Counted from the first letter of the stretch, positions 52,922-64,000 are shown. The stretch is 64,000 bases of DNA from Polyangiaceae bacterium (GCA_035063585.1 JAPSGB010000003.1:32001-96000), one strand, 5' to 3'. Notes: generated from the letters alone by a model not told the origin. Numbers and translations are program-made.

Positions 52922-53496
52922 GGCGCGCGAGCGTGATGCTGCTCGCTTGCGTGGGCTGCTCGGTGCATCACCACTCGGTGAACGCGCCCGGACACATCGA
53001 GCCCACCGAGCCGCCCGAGGAGCCCACCCCGGGGGTGGTGGAGGAACCGGAAGATCCGGGGGAGCGGATGGTGCTCTTCACCTTCGGCGGGCTCGCGTCG
53101 GTCGGCGTCGGTTATCCGAAAGAGCAGGACGCGGTCCTCGCCTACGGGCTCGGGCCCGAGTATGGCCTGCACTTCGGCCAGCAGGACGTGAGCCACGCCA
53201 TGGACGGCGATCTGGTGCTGCCGAAGACCGCGGTCGGGATCAATCTGGGCTGGACGGCCCTCGCGAATCCGGGCACTGGTTTCGGGCCGCTCTACCTGGA
53301 GGGCCAGTACTACGACGAGGGGTTCTGGGTGGCGGGCGGCTGGGCCTACGATGTGGATGATCGCGTTCACGGCCCGCAGGGGGAACTCGGGCTCGGCCCG
53401 CTGTTCTTGCGCGTGACTCACCTACTCGACGACTCGACGGCGCTGACCTTCGGCGTGGTGGTGAAGGGCTACCAGAACTGGGTCTTCAGCCGTTGA
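52918..53496 (+). CDS. Hypothetical exported protein or lipoprotein with barrel-like strands
   Basis: GTGA overlap; CVGC lipobox-like; Gly/aromatic alternating strands. Confidence 0.7.
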   Translation: MRRASVMLLACVGCSVHHHSVNAPGHIEPTEPPEEPTPGVVEEPEDPGERMVLFTFGGLASVGVGYPKEQDAVLAYGLGPEYGLHFGQQDVSHAMDGDLVLPKTAVGINLGWTALANPGTGFGPLYLEGQYYDEGFWVAGGWAYDVDDRVHGPQGELGLGPLFLRVTHLLDDSTALTFGVVVKGYQNWVFSR

Positions 53497-53662
53497 CGCC
53501 GCAACTCGGACCCTCCGACGGACCGGGCGCCGGCCCGGGCGCACGGGGCGCACGCCCATCGAGACGATGGGTACCATGACCACGCCCTCACGAGCTGATC
53601 GACCGGGTCGCGGTTCATCGTAGCGGCGCGCTCGCCCCGCATCTGCCAGAGTCAGGCTCCCG

Positions 53663-54583
53663 ATGCCCGCCGGAAGCCTCCTCGCCTTGCTCGACGATAT
53701 CGCGACCGTCCTCGACGACGTGGCGTTGATGACGAAGGTTGCCGCGAAGAAGACCGCCGGGGTGCTCGGCGACGACCTCGCGCTGAATGCCCAGCAGGTC
53801 TCCGGGGTACGTTCCGATCGCGAGCTGCCGGTCGTGTGGAGGGTGGCGCGAGGCTCGCTCGTAAATAAATCGATCCTGGTGCCGTCGGCCTTGGTGATCA
53901 GCGCGTTCGCGCCCTGGGGGATCACCCCGCTGCTGGTCGTGGGCGGGCTCTTCTTGTGCTTCGAGGGCGTGGAGAAGGTGGCGCATCGGTGGCTGCATGC
54001 CGACGCCGGGCACGCGGAGCCCGAGCCGTCGTCGGAGGTGGCGGAGCGAGCGCTCGACCGCGCCGCGCTCGAGACGAAGAAGATCCGCGGGGCGGTCCGC
54101 ACCGACTTCGTGCTCTCGGCGGAGATCATCGTCATCGCGCTCGGGACGGTGGCTGGTCGGCCGCTCGGCACCCAGCTCGCCGTCCTCGTCGGGATCAGCC
54201 TCTTGATGACCATCGGCGTGTACGGGCTCGTGGCGGCGATCGTGAAGCTCGACGACGCCGGGCTCTGGCTCTGCCGGGACGGGCGCGGCGCGGTCGCGCG
54301 GGCCGTCGGCAGGGCCCTCTTGGTCAGCGCGCCGAGGCTGATGCGGCTGCTCACCGTCATTGGTACGGCGGCGATGTTCATGGTCGGCGGGGGTATCCTC
54401 ACCCACGCGATCCCGCTCTTGCACCACGCTAGCGCGGGGCTCGTCGCGCTGGCGGGGAGGTTCGCGTGGCTCGCGTCGATCGCCTTCGACGCCGCGCTCG
54501 GCGCGGTGGCGGGGGCGCTCGTGCTGGCGGTGGTGAAGTCGCTCGGCGCGGCGTGGGCGGGCGTCCGGCGCAGCGCCGCGTGA
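53663..54583 (+). CDS. DUF808 (YedI-like) inner-membrane protein
   Basis: [65 protein letters not shown]. Confidence 0.9.
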   Translation: MPAGSLLALLDDIATVLDDVALMTKVAAKKTAGVLGDDLALNAQQVSGVRSDRELPVVWRVARGSLVNKSILVPSALVISAFAPWGITPLLVVGGLFLCFEGVEKVAHRWLHADAGHAEPEPSSEVAERALDRAALETKKIRGAVRTDFVLSAEIIVIALGTVAGRPLGTQLAVLVGISLLMTIGVYGLVAAIVKLDDAGLWLCRDGRGAVARAVGRALLVSAPRLMRLLTVIGTAAMFMVGGGILTHAIPLLHHASAGLVALAGRFAWLASIAFDAALGAVAGALVLAVVKSLGAAWAGVRRSAA

Positions 54584-54647
54584 GCGCGAGCCGCGTGAGC
54601 GTCCGGCGCCGCCGGCCGCGCCGGCCCGGCCAACGAACGCAGGTGCT

Positions 54648-56132
54648 TCAGTGCCGAGTGAGGGCCGGCTGAAAGAAGGTCGGTCCGTCGGTGGAGACCT
54701 CGTCGGAGCTGCGTTCGGCGCCGCCGGTGTCGAGGCCGAGATCCGGGAGCTCGTCGTCCTCGCCGAGGAGAGCGGCGTCGAGGACGTCGGCAAAGAGCCG
54801 GCGCTTCGCCTCGTCGAACAGCACGAAGCGAACCTCGCGGAGGCGCGAGCCGCCGAGCGCTAGGTGCCCGCGGAGCGCGGCGACCATGGCGCACGCCGAG
54901 GCCTCGAGGGCCACCGCGGCCTCGCCGGTGCCGAGCGCGGGGACCGCGAGCGTCTCGAGGCCGAGCCGCTCGGCTTCGAGGAGCGCGCGCTGCATCGAGC
55001 GTCCGACGCAGGAGGCCTGCTGCCAGGCGCTCACTGCGTGGAGCACCTTCCGGCACGAGAGCCGGCCCGGCTCGGTCACCACGCAGACGCCGAGCGGCTG
55101 CTCGCCGCCGGCCTGCGCCTCCCGCTCGAGCTCGTCGCCGCCGGCGCGGCGGAGCGCGTCGCCGACGCCGGAGCGCATGGCGAGCTGATAGTTCGCGCTG
55201 CTCATGATGCCGTCGACGTGGGCGCGCGAGATGTCCCCCGCCTCGACCGTCACCTGCGCGCCGGCGAACGTCGCGCCGTCCGGCGCGCGTGAGGGCGGCG
55301 GCGGGTGCGCGACGCTCCGCGCGAGCGCGGCGAAGAGCTGCGCCGGCCGCGCCAGGCTCGGGTAGCGGTGGCGCGGATCGTGGGCGAGCATGCGCGCGAG
55401 CAGGTGCTGGAAGTACGCCTCATCGGGGCCCCGCGGCGGCGGGAACACCGGGTGCGGCGCGCTCTCGAGCAGCACCCGCGGGTTCGGAAAGGGTGGCACG
55501 CCGTAGCGCAAGTCGTAAGCGGCCGCGCCGAGCCCGAAGACGTCCGCGCGGCGATCGAGGGGCTCGCCGCGGAGCGCCTCCGGGGCCATGAAGCGGAGCG
55601 TGCCGCTGGCCTCGCCGCTCGGGAGCTCGGCGACCTGCTTGACCACCGCGATGCCGAAATCCCCGAGTTTTGCCCCGAGCTCCGGGGAGCCGAAGAAGTT
55701 CGAGGGCTTGACGTCGCGGTGGAGGACCCCGTGCTGGTGCGCTGCGTGGAGCGCGCGGGCGATCTCGCTCACCGCCTGGCACACGAACCAGAGCGGCAGC
55801 CCGCGCCCGAGCGCGGCGCGGCGCGCGTGGTCGAGCTCGTTCAGATCGATGCCGTCGACGTACTCCTCGGCGATGAAGGGGACGTCTCGATGAGTCCCGA
55901 CGTCATACGCCCGCACGACCTGGGCGCTCGCGATGCGCGCCATGAGCCGCGCTTCGGTGCGCATGCGGCGCGCGCGATCCTCGGGCGACACGGCGAGGTC
56001 CGGGCGCAAGGTCTTGATGATGACCGGGACCGCGAGCTCCGAGTGGCGCGCGAGCCAGACGTCGCTCATGCCCCCTCCGCCGAGGCGACCCCAGACCTCG
56101 TAGTCGCGGACGCGCTCCCCGGCGTGCAACAT
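54648..56132 (-). CDS. Ser/Thr protein kinase fused to a C-terminal macrodomain
   Basis: GGGGMSDVW, IIK, HRDVKPSN, DFG, GTLRFMAPE; then GDIS..VDGIMSSAN..SGVGDAL..KVLHAV..LAVPALGTG..EVRFVLFD. Confidence 0.9.
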   Translation of the reverse strand: MLHAGERVRDYEVWGRLGGGGMSDVWLARHSELAVPVIIKTLRPDLAVSPEDRARRMRTEARLMARIASAQVVRAYDVGTHRDVPFIAEEYVDGIDLNELDHARRAALGRGLPLWFVCQAVSEIARALHAAHQHGVLHRDVKPSNFFGSPELGAKLGDFGIAVVKQVAELPSGEASGTLRFMAPEALRGEPLDRRADVFGLGAAAYDLRYGVPPFPNPRVLLESAPHPVFPPPRGPDEAYFQHLLARMLAHDPRHRYPSLARPAQLFAALARSVAHPPPPSRAPDGATFAGAQVTVEAGDISRAHVDGIMSSANYQLAMRSGVGDALRRAGGDELEREAQAGGEQPLGVCVVTEPGRLSCRKVLHAVSAWQQASCVGRSMQRALLEAERLGLETLAVPALGTGEAAVALEASACAMVAALRGHLALGGSRLREVRFVLFDEAKRRLFADVLDAALLGEDDELPDLGLDTGGAERSSDEVSTDGPTFFQPALTRH

Positions 56133-56150
56133 GCGCGAGAGTATACCGCG

Positions 56151-56987
56151 CTACTCTCGCTCCGTCGTCCACCGCAGCTCGAACCGCGTGCCGCTCGCGT
56201 CACGGTCGAGCCGGAGCCCAGCGGCGCGCGCGGCGACCGCGGCGACCGCGAGCGCGGGCTCGATGAGCGCGTGTGCGCCGAGGGTGAGCGGCTCGCCCTC
56301 GGCGGGGCCCTTCGAGATGATGAGCTCGTGGTCGCCGGGGACCGCGCCGCCGAGCGCGATGACCGGCGTGGCGCCGGTCGCTCGGGCGACCAGCGCCGCA
56401 CCCATCGCGACCAGCGCGGCGATCACGCGGGGGTTCGAGACGAGCTCGCGCGACGGCCCGTGCAAGAGCACCACCGCGAGCGCTTGGCGTCCGGCGAGCG
56501 GTCGCTTCCCTGCCTCGCGGAGGAGCTCGGCGAGCTCTACCGCGACGCGCGGGCGCGAGGTCGCGTCGTCGAGGAGGTCGAGGAGCCCGCGCGCGGCGTC
56601 GAGCTCGCGCGCTCCTCGCGCGACGGCCTCCTCGAGCTCGAGCCGCGCCCGCGCGTTGAGCGGGCGGGCCTGAGCCGCCGCGAGCGCCGCCGCGAGCGTA
56701 TCGATCCGGGGCGCGACGAAGCCCTCGAGCGCCGTGACCGCTTCGATGTTCGGTAGCTTGGCGCGGCTCACCGCGCAGAGCTCGCCGAACGCCTCGCGGA
56801 GCGGCGCCATGGAGGCGTGGACATCCGGGATCACGGAGCTCAGCGCGCGCGGTCCGACGCGGAGCGACTCGAGGAGTTGCTGGAGGTTCCTGAGCGCCCC
56901 GAGCGCGTCACGCGCCGCGCCGCGCGCCGCGTCGCGGCGTGGATCGGCGCTCGGGCGCTCGGATGACGGCGGGATTCCGCTCGACAT
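56151..56987 (-). CDS. Hypothetical protein, degenerate histidine-kinase-like
   Basis: GGAG SD; helical N-terminus; VELAELLREA and LAVAAVAARAAG...GTRFELRW echo HATPase_c but lack N/G boxes. Confidence 0.6.
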   Translation of the reverse strand: MSSGIPPSSERPSADPRRDAARGAARDALGALRNLQQLLESLRVGPRALSSVIPDVHASMAPLREAFGELCAVSRAKLPNIEAVTALEGFVAPRIDTLAAALAAAQARPLNARARLELEEAVARGARELDAARGLLDLLDDATSRPRVAVELAELLREAGKRPLAGRQALAVVLLHGPSRELVSNPRVIAALVAMGAALVARATGATPVIALGGAVPGDHELIISKGPAEGEPLTLGAHALIEPALAVAAVAARAAGLRLDRDASGTRFELRWTTERE

Positions 56988-57018
56988 CTCCTGACCTCGT
57001 GGTGCAGCAGGGCCGAAA

Positions 57019-57438
57019 CTAGATGAGCTCGAGCCCCGCGAAGAAGTACGCGCACTCGCTCCGCCCGTTCTCTTCCGAGTCCGAGCCATGCACGGCGTTC
57101 TCGCCCACGTTGCTGCCGTAGAGCTTGCGGACGGTGCCCTCGGCTGCCTTCGCCGGGTCGGTGGCGCCGATGACGTCGCGGTAGTGCTGGACCGCGTTCT
57201 CGCGCTCGAGCGCGACGATCACGACCGGCCCGCGCGTCATGAAGGTGGTGAGCTCGCCAAAGAAGGGGCGCTCGCGGTGGACCGCGTAGAAGCCCTCGGC
57301 CTGCTTCATGGTGAGGTGCGCCTGACGCAGGGCGAGGACGCGGAAGCCCTCGTCCAAGAGCCGCTGCAGGATAGCGCCCTGCTTTCGCTTCTCGACGGCG
57401 TCCGGCTTGATGATGCACAAGGTGCGCTGGATGGACAT
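57019..57438 (-). CDS. ndk: Nucleoside diphosphate kinase
   Basis: RTLCIIKPDAV, FYAVHRERPFF, GATDP, NAVHGSDS. Confidence 0.97.
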   Translation of the reverse strand: MSIQRTLCIIKPDAVEKRKQGAILQRLLDEGFRVLALRQAHLTMKQAEGFYAVHRERPFFGELTTFMTRGPVVIVALERENAVQHYRDVIGATDPAKAAEGTVRKLYGSNVGENAVHGSDSEENGRSECAYFFAGLELI

Positions 57439-57514
57439 GGGTTCCTCCACGGGCACCGGCTCCCCCCTCACCGGCGCGATTCGAGCGTTCGCTCTTAGAC
57501 CGAGCCGCTCGACA

Positions 57515-58408
57515 TTACAACATACTTTGCAGGGTCTTCCCCATCTCGGCGGGCGTCGGCGCGACCTTCACGCCGGCCGCCTCGAGCGCGGCGATCTTGT
57601 CCTCCGCGGTGCCCTTGCCGCCCGAGATGATGGCGCCCGCGTGGCCCATGCGCTTGCCGGGCGGCGCGGTGCGGCCGGCGATGAACCCGGCGACCGGCTT
57701 CTTCATGTTTCTCTGGATCCAAGCAGCGGCGCGCTCCTCGGCATTCCCGCCGATCTCACCCATCATGATGACGCCATGGGTGTCCGGGTCGTCGTTGAAG
57801 AGGGTGAGGCAGTCGATGAAGTCCATCCCGCCCACCGGATCGCCGCCGATGCCGATGCAGGTGGACTGCCCGAGCCCGAGCGCGGTGAGCTGCCCGACCG
57901 CCTCGTAGGTGAGGGTGCCCGAGCGGGACACCACCCCGATGTGGCCGGCCCTGTGGATGTGACCGGGCATGATACCGATCTTGCACGCACCCGGCGTGAT
58001 GATGCCCGGGCAGTTCGGCCCGATGAGCCGCGCCGAGCGGCCCTCGAGCGCGCGCCGGACTCGGATCATGTCCATCACCGGGATGCCCTCGGTGATGGCG
58101 ATGACCAGACCGCAGCCGGCCTCGAGCGCCTCGACGATGGCGTCGGCAGCGCCGAGCGCCGGTACGAAGATGCACGAGGTGTCGGCGCCCGTCTGCTTCA
58201 CGGCGTCCGCGACGGTGTCGAACACCGGCACCCGGACTGCCTTGCCGTCGGGACCGGCGGCCTCGAACGTCTCGCCGCCGCGGCCCGGCGTGCAGCCGGC
58301 GACCACCTGGGTGCCGTAGGCGATGCACTGACCGGCGTGGAACGACCCCGCCGAGCCGGTGATGCCGGAGATGACGACCTTCGTATCCTTGTTCACCAAG
58401 ACTGCCAT
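57515..58408 (-). CDS. sucD: Succinate--CoA ligase alpha subunit
   Basis: [28 protein letters not shown]. Confidence 0.96.
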   Translation of the reverse strand: MAVLVNKDTKVVISGITGSAGSFHAGQCIAYGTQVVAGCTPGRGGETFEAAGPDGKAVRVPVFDTVADAVKQTGADTSCIFVPALGAADAIVEALEAGCGLVIAITEGIPVMDMIRVRRALEGRSARLIGPNCPGIITPGACKIGIMPGHIHRAGHIGVVSRSGTLTYEAVGQLTALGLGQSTCIGIGGDPVGGMDFIDCLTLFNDDPDTHGVIMMGEIGGNAEERAAAWIQRNMKKPVAGFIAGRTAPPGKRMGHAGAIISGGKGTAEDKIAALEAAGVKVAPTPAEMGKTLQSML

Positions 58409-58424
58409 GGTTCGTCTCCCGGCC

Positions 58425-59624
<1,200 letters not shown>

Positions 59625-59830
59625 GGTGTTTCCGGGGGCCGCGCGGAGAGAAGAGGGACTCTTCGGCCCGCTCGCGAAGTAGATCAAGCGCACGCGGAGG
59701 GCAACCGTTCATCCGCGCAGGGTCGCTCGAGCCTCGCGCTCACGAAGCCCTTTGCGCCGCGCCGCCGCCGAGGGTAGCACCCAGCCCCGAAACGGCCCAT
59801 CGGGCCGCAGCCTTCCGCTGGAGGAGTACG

Positions 59831-60814
59831 ATGAAGAAGCCTGTACGCGTCGCGGTCACCGGAGCTGCCGGGAACATCGGATACGCCATTTTGTTCCGCA
59901 TCGCCTCGGGGCAGATGCTCGGCGCCGATCAGCCGGTCATCCTTCAGCTCCTCGAGATCCCCGCCGAGAAGCCCCAGGCCGCGCTGCGCGGCGTCGCGAT
60001 GGAGCTCGATGACTGCGCCTTCCCGCTGCTCACCGAGCTGGTGCTCACCGACGATCCGAAGGTGGCGTTCAAGGACGCGAGCTGGTGCCTCTTGGTCGGC
60101 AGCAAGCCGCGCGGCCCCGGGATGGAGCGCGCTGACCTCCTGAAGGACAACGGCAAGATCTTCGTCGGCCAGGGCCGGGCGATCGACGAGGTGGCCGCCG
60201 ATGATTGCCGCGTGGTCGTGGTCGGCAACCCCTGCAACACCAATTGCATGATCGCGGCGGCGCAGGCCAAGCGCCTGCCCAAGGAGCGTTTCACGGCCAT
60301 GGTGCGCCTCGATCAGAACCGCGCCGCGACCCAGCTCGCCAAGAAGGCCGGGCTCCCGGTCACCGAGGTGAGCGACCTCTTCATCTACGGAAACCACAGC
60401 CCGAGCATGTTCGCCGACTTCACCCACGCAAAGCTCGGCGGCAGGCTGGCCGCCGAGGTGATCGGCGACCAGCCCTGGCTCGAGAGTGAGTTCTTGCCCA
60501 AGATCGGCAAGCGCGGCGCCGAGATCATCGCCGCGCGCGGCCTCTCGAGCGCCGCGTCGGCGGCCAACGCCGCCATCGATCACGTGCGCGATCTCGTCAC
60601 CCCGGGCCGGGTCCACTCGGTCGCGGTGCACAGCGACGGCGCTTATGGGTTCGCGAAGGACATCTGGGCCGGTGTCCCCGTGAAGACGACCGCGCCCGGG
60701 AGCTACGAGGTCGTGAGGGGCTTCGAGATGGGCGAGTTCGCCAAGCAGAAGCTCGCCGCGACCAACGAGGAGCTGGTCGGCGAGCGCGAGACGGTCGCCG
60801 AGCTCCTCGGTTGA
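59831..60814 (+). CDS. mdh: Malate dehydrogenase (MDH type 2)
   Basis: [48 protein letters not shown]. Confidence 0.95.
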   Translation: MKKPVRVAVTGAAGNIGYAILFRIASGQMLGADQPVILQLLEIPAEKPQAALRGVAMELDDCAFPLLTELVLTDDPKVAFKDASWCLLVGSKPRGPGMERADLLKDNGKIFVGQGRAIDEVAADDCRVVVVGNPCNTNCMIAAAQAKRLPKERFTAMVRLDQNRAATQLAKKAGLPVTEVSDLFIYGNHSPSMFADFTHAKLGGRLAAEVIGDQPWLESEFLPKIGKRGAEIIAARGLSSAASAANAAIDHVRDLVTPGRVHSVAVHSDGAYGFAKDIWAGVPVKTTAPGSYEVVRGFEMGEFAKQKLAATNEELVGERETVAELLG

Positions 60815-60835
60815 GGCCGGGGTCGAGGGGGGATG

Positions 60836-60879
60836 GTCGGCCCGGCGCGGAATCGACGCGCCGGGCCGACGCGCATTTT
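60836..60879 (+). terminator. Hairpin downstream of mdh
   Basis: Perfect 14-bp stem GTCGGCCCGGCGCG-GAATCGA-CGCGCCGGGCCGAC followed by GCGCATTTT. Confidence 0.65.
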
Positions 60880-60947
60880 CCGGCTCGCGGCGGGTTGCGG
60901 GGCCGTGCCCGGCGCGGTAACGAACCGCCCAGCCGAGGAGCCATACC

Positions 60948-61880
60948 GTGTCGAAGCACGTCCTGATTGCCACCGAGAAGCCGTTCTCCGCCGACGCTCG
61001 CGACCAGATCGCAGCCATCTTGAAGGCGGCGAGCTACGAGGTCGAGCTGCTCGAGAAGTACGCGGGCAAGGAGGCGCTGATCGCCGCTGCGAAGCGCGCG
61101 GACGCGATGATCATCCGCAGCGACGTCATCGACGCCGAGGTGCTCGCGGGCGCCGAGCGGCTCGCGCTCGTGGTGCGGGCGGGCGCGGGCTACGACAACG
61201 TCGATTTGGCGACGGCCAAGGCGCGCGGCGTGGCGGTGATGAACACCCCCGGGCAGAACGCCAACGCGGTCGCCGAGCTCGCGCTCGCGATGATGGTCTA
61301 CAGCGCGCGCGGCCAGTTCGACGGAAAGAGCGGCACCGAGCTCCGCGGCAAGACGCTCGGCATCCACGCCTTCGGCGCGGTCGGCCGCGCGGTCGCCGGC
61401 ATCGCGGCGGGGTTCGGCATGAAGGTGCTCGCGTTCGATCCGTTCGTGACGGCCGAGCAGATCCGAGCCGCCGGAGTCGAGCCGGTCGACTCGGTGGACG
61501 CGCTCTACCAGCGCTCGCGCTACGTGTCGCTCCACATCCCGGCCACCCCGGAGACGCGCGGCTCGATCGGCAAGGCGAGGCTCCTCGAGATGCCGAAGGG
61601 CGCCACCCTGGTGAACACCGCGCGAAAAGAGGTCATCGACGAGGCGGGGCTCCTCGAGGTGCTCGCGTCGCGGGCGGACTTCCGCTACGTGGCCGACGTG
61701 GCCCCGAGCGACGCGACCCTCGCCGTCATGCGTGAGAAGCACGCCGCGCAGGTCTACGTGACGCCGAACAAGATGGGCGCCCAGACGAGCGAGGCGAACG
61801 TGAACGCCGGGCTCGCCGCGGCGCGGCAGATCGTCGCCTTCTTCGAGAATGGCGAGCGACGCTTCGTGGTCAACCCCTGA
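60948..61880 (+). CDS. serA: D-3-phosphoglycerate dehydrogenase, type IIIK-like
   Basis: IIRSD, RAGAGYDNVD, NTPGQNANAVAE, GIHAFGAVG, NTAR, TPNKMGAQT; no ACT domain. Confidence 0.8.
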   Translation: MSKHVLIATEKPFSADARDQIAAILKAASYEVELLEKYAGKEALIAAAKRADAMIIRSDVIDAEVLAGAERLALVVRAGAGYDNVDLATAKARGVAVMNTPGQNANAVAELALAMMVYSARGQFDGKSGTELRGKTLGIHAFGAVGRAVAGIAAGFGMKVLAFDPFVTAEQIRAAGVEPVDSVDALYQRSRYVSLHIPATPETRGSIGKARLLEMPKGATLVNTARKEVIDEAGLLEVLASRADFRYVADVAPSDATLAVMREKHAAQVYVTPNKMGAQTSEANVNAGLAAARQIVAFFENGERRFVVNP

Positions 61881-61905
61881 CGCGAGGGCCGCGGGCTCCC
61901 GCGCC

Positions 61906-63822
61906 GTGCCGATCCTCTCAGCCAAGCACCTCCGAAAATCCTACGGCGCGGACGTCGTCCTCGCCGACGTCGAGCTCACGATTCGCACCGGCGAGCGCAT
62001 CGGCGTGGTGGGGCTGAACGGCGCGGGCAAGAGCACGCTCGCGCGGATCCTCGCCGGGCGGGAGGACGCAGACTCCGGCGAGCTCTCGCGGCGCCGCGGC
62101 GCCACCATCGAGTACCTGGATCAAGTGCCGCGCTTCGACGGCGCTCCCACCGCGCGTGAGGCGGTGATGGCCGGGCTCGCCTCGTGGCGCGCGGCGGTCG
62201 AGCGCCACGAGGGGGCCGCGCGCGCGCTCGCCACCGCGGCGGGCGACCTCGACCTGCTCCTCGCCGAGCAGGCGGCCGCCGCGGAAGACGTCGAGCGGCT
62301 CGGCGGCTGGCAGCAAGAGCACCGGGTGGACTCCCTGCTCGGCAGCCTCGGCGTGGAGCGCCCGGACGCGCCCGTCTCCGAGCTGAGCGGCGGCGAGCAG
62401 CGACGGGTCGCGCTCGCGCGCATCCTCATCGCGCGGCCGCACCTCGCGCTCCTCGACGAGCCGACCAACCACCTCGACGCCGGCACCATCGAGTGGCTCG
62501 AGTCGTTCCTCGAGGACGAGTATCAGGGCGCGCTCCTCCTCATCACGCACGATCGCTACTTGCTCGACCGCGTCGCGACCCGCACCATCGAGGTCACCGG
62601 CGGTCAGGTGTTCTCCTACGACGGGGGCTACGAGCTCTACCTCGCGCAGAAGGCGGAGCGTCTGGCCCACGCGGCGCGGGTCGAGCAGAACCGGCAGAAC
62701 TTCCTCCGGCGCGAGCTCGAGTGGCTGCGGCGACAGCCGAAGGCGCGCGGCACCAAGCAGAAGGCGCGCATCGAGCGCGCCGAGGCGGCCAAGGCGATCG
62801 CCGCGCCGAGAGCCGAGCGCTCGGTGAGCTTCGAGGTGGACGTCACCCGGAGCGGCAAGACCATCCTCGAGCTCCGTGAGCTCGCGCTCTCGCTCGCGGG
62901 TCGCCGGCTGGTCGCCGGCCTCGATCTCTTCCTCACCCAAGGCGAGCGGCTCGGCGTCATCGGCAAGAACGGCACCGGCAAGACGACCCTGCTCCGCGCG
63001 ATCACCGGCGAGCTCGAACCCGAGGCGGGACGCGTGGTGGTCGGTGCGAACACGCGCATCGCGTATTTCGACCAGCAGCGGAGCGATCTCGATGACGAGA
63101 AGAGCGTGTTCGAGAACGTCGCGGGTGACAAATCGCGGATCGAGCTCGGCGGCGAGGTGATCGAGCCGCGCACCTATCTCGAGCGCTTCGGGTTCGACGG
63201 GCAGCGGCAGCGCCAGCCGGTCGGCTCGCTCTCGGGCGGCGAGCGGGCGCGCGTCGCGCTGGCGCGACTCCTGCGTCAACCCTCGAACCTCCTCATCCTC
63301 GACGAGCCGACCAACGATCTCGACGTCGCGACGCTCGCGGCGGTCGAGAGCTTGCTGGTCGACTCGGGCGCGACCGCCATCGTGGTGACGCACGATCGCT
63401 GGTTTCTCGACCGCGTGGCGACCTCGATCCTCGCCTTCGAGGGCGAGGGGAGAGTGGTGCGCTACCCGGGCAGCTACGAGACGTACCGGCGCCTCCGCGA
63501 GGAGGCGAAGCTCGCCGAGAAGCAGCGGGCGGTAGCGAGCGCGCCGCGCGCATCGAGCGCCCCCGCGCGCGCCGAGCGCGTACCCGCGCCGAGGAAGCTC
63601 ACCTTCGCCGAGGCGAAGGAGCTCGAGGCGCTCCCCGACGCCATCACCCTCGCCGAAGCGCGCGTCGAGACGCTCACCGCGAAGCTCGCCGATCCGGCGC
63701 TCTACGCGGGCGGCGGCGCCGAGGTGCAGCAGGTGACCGCTGAGCTCGAGGCCGCGCGCGCCGACGCGAGCCGGCTCATGGCGCGCTGGGAAGCACTCGA
63801 GACCAAGCAGGCGGGCGGGTAG
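61906..63822 (+). CDS. uup: ABC-F family ATPase, Uup-like
   Basis: Two NBDs (GLNGAGKST/LSGGE/DEPTN; GKNGTGKTT/LSGGE/DEPTN), linker ELEWLRRQPKARGTKQKARI, C-terminal coiled coil, no TM. Confidence 0.88.
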   Translation: MPILSAKHLRKSYGADVVLADVELTIRTGERIGVVGLNGAGKSTLARILAGREDADSGELSRRRGATIEYLDQVPRFDGAPTAREAVMAGLASWRAAVERHEGAARALATAAGDLDLLLAEQAAAAEDVERLGGWQQEHRVDSLLGSLGVERPDAPVSELSGGEQRRVALARILIARPHLALLDEPTNHLDAGTIEWLESFLEDEYQGALLLITHDRYLLDRVATRTIEVTGGQVFSYDGGYELYLAQKAERLAHAARVEQNRQNFLRRELEWLRRQPKARGTKQKARIERAEAAKAIAAPRAERSVSFEVDVTRSGKTILELRELALSLAGRRLVAGLDLFLTQGERLGVIGKNGTGKTTLLRAITGELEPEAGRVVVGANTRIAYFDQQRSDLDDEKSVFENVAGDKSRIELGGEVIEPRTYLERFGFDGQRQRQPVGSLSGGERARVALARLLRQPSNLLILDEPTNDLDVATLAAVESLLVDSGATAIVVTHDRWFLDRVATSILAFEGEGRVVRYPGSYETYRRLREEAKLAEKQRAVASAPRASSAPARAERVPAPRKLTFAEAKELEALPDAITLAEARVETLTAKLADPALYAGGGAEVQQVTAELEAARADASRLMARWEALETKQAGG

Positions 63823-63876
63823 CGCGCGCCTGCGCCGCCGGCCGCGCCGCCCCGGCATCCCCTCGCTCGATGAGGG

Positions 63877-64000
63877 TCAGCTCATGTGCTCGATGATCGC
63901 CTTGCCGAACTCCGAGCACTTCACCTCTCTCGCGCCGTCCATGAGGCGCGCGAAATCATAGGTGACCGTCTTCGAGCCGATGGCGCCATCGATGCCGCGG
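63877..64000 (-). CDS. icd: NADP-dependent isocitrate dehydrogenase, C-terminal fragment (runs off the window)
   Basis: Not in the ORF track; the minus strand reads [40 protein letters not shown], matching the E. coli-type IDH C-terminus. Confidence 0.9.
   Translation of the reverse strand, partial: RGIDGAIGSKTVTYDFARLMDGAREVKCSEFGKAIIEHMS

Noticed and set aside
53555..53571. CCCATCG-AGA-CGATGGG hairpin as an ncRNA or terminator
   Set aside because: 7-bp stem with no U-tract and no second copy seen; could be chance
63877..64000. icd 3' end as a prophage attachment site (as for e14/phage 21)
   Set aside because: No integrase, duplicated icd end or compositional shift is visible; only a short CCCTC/GAGGG stem lies between the convergent genes

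Overview
Very GC-rich bacterial chromosomal window, most likely Myxococcota (Polyangiales-like). The taxonomy is inferred from three MYXO-CTERM proteins, a GltJ/AgmX-like protein, Hanks-type kinases and many lipoproteins. It is gene-dense core genome with about 55 CDS: argF/argD/gdhA, proS, a B12-dependent acyl-CoA mutase, two TetR-linked efflux operons, recD2, an M1 peptidase, apbE, tal, ybeY, HU, lnt, an rlmI-like gene, dapD/dapE, ndk, sucCD, mdh, serA, uup and partial icd. I saw no tRNA, rRNA, CRISPR array, integrase or transposase by eye. Most notable: (1) a recurring TAnnnT -10 box exactly 7 nt before SD-less start codons, suggesting widespread leaderless mRNAs; (2) a Ser/Thr kinase-macrodomain fusion next to a pseudo-histidine-kinase-like gene; (3) the mutase carries isobutyryl-CoA mutase rather than methylmalonyl-CoA mutase residues; (4) an envelope cluster with a convergent TraA/TraB-architecture pair, a single-pass protein with three cytoplasmic zinc ribbons and a GltJ-like protein; (5) a Lys-type (IIIK) phosphoglycerate dehydrogenase. 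All calls rest on motif recognition by eye with no database searches. Many starts were moved downstream of the ORF track's longest-ORF starts.
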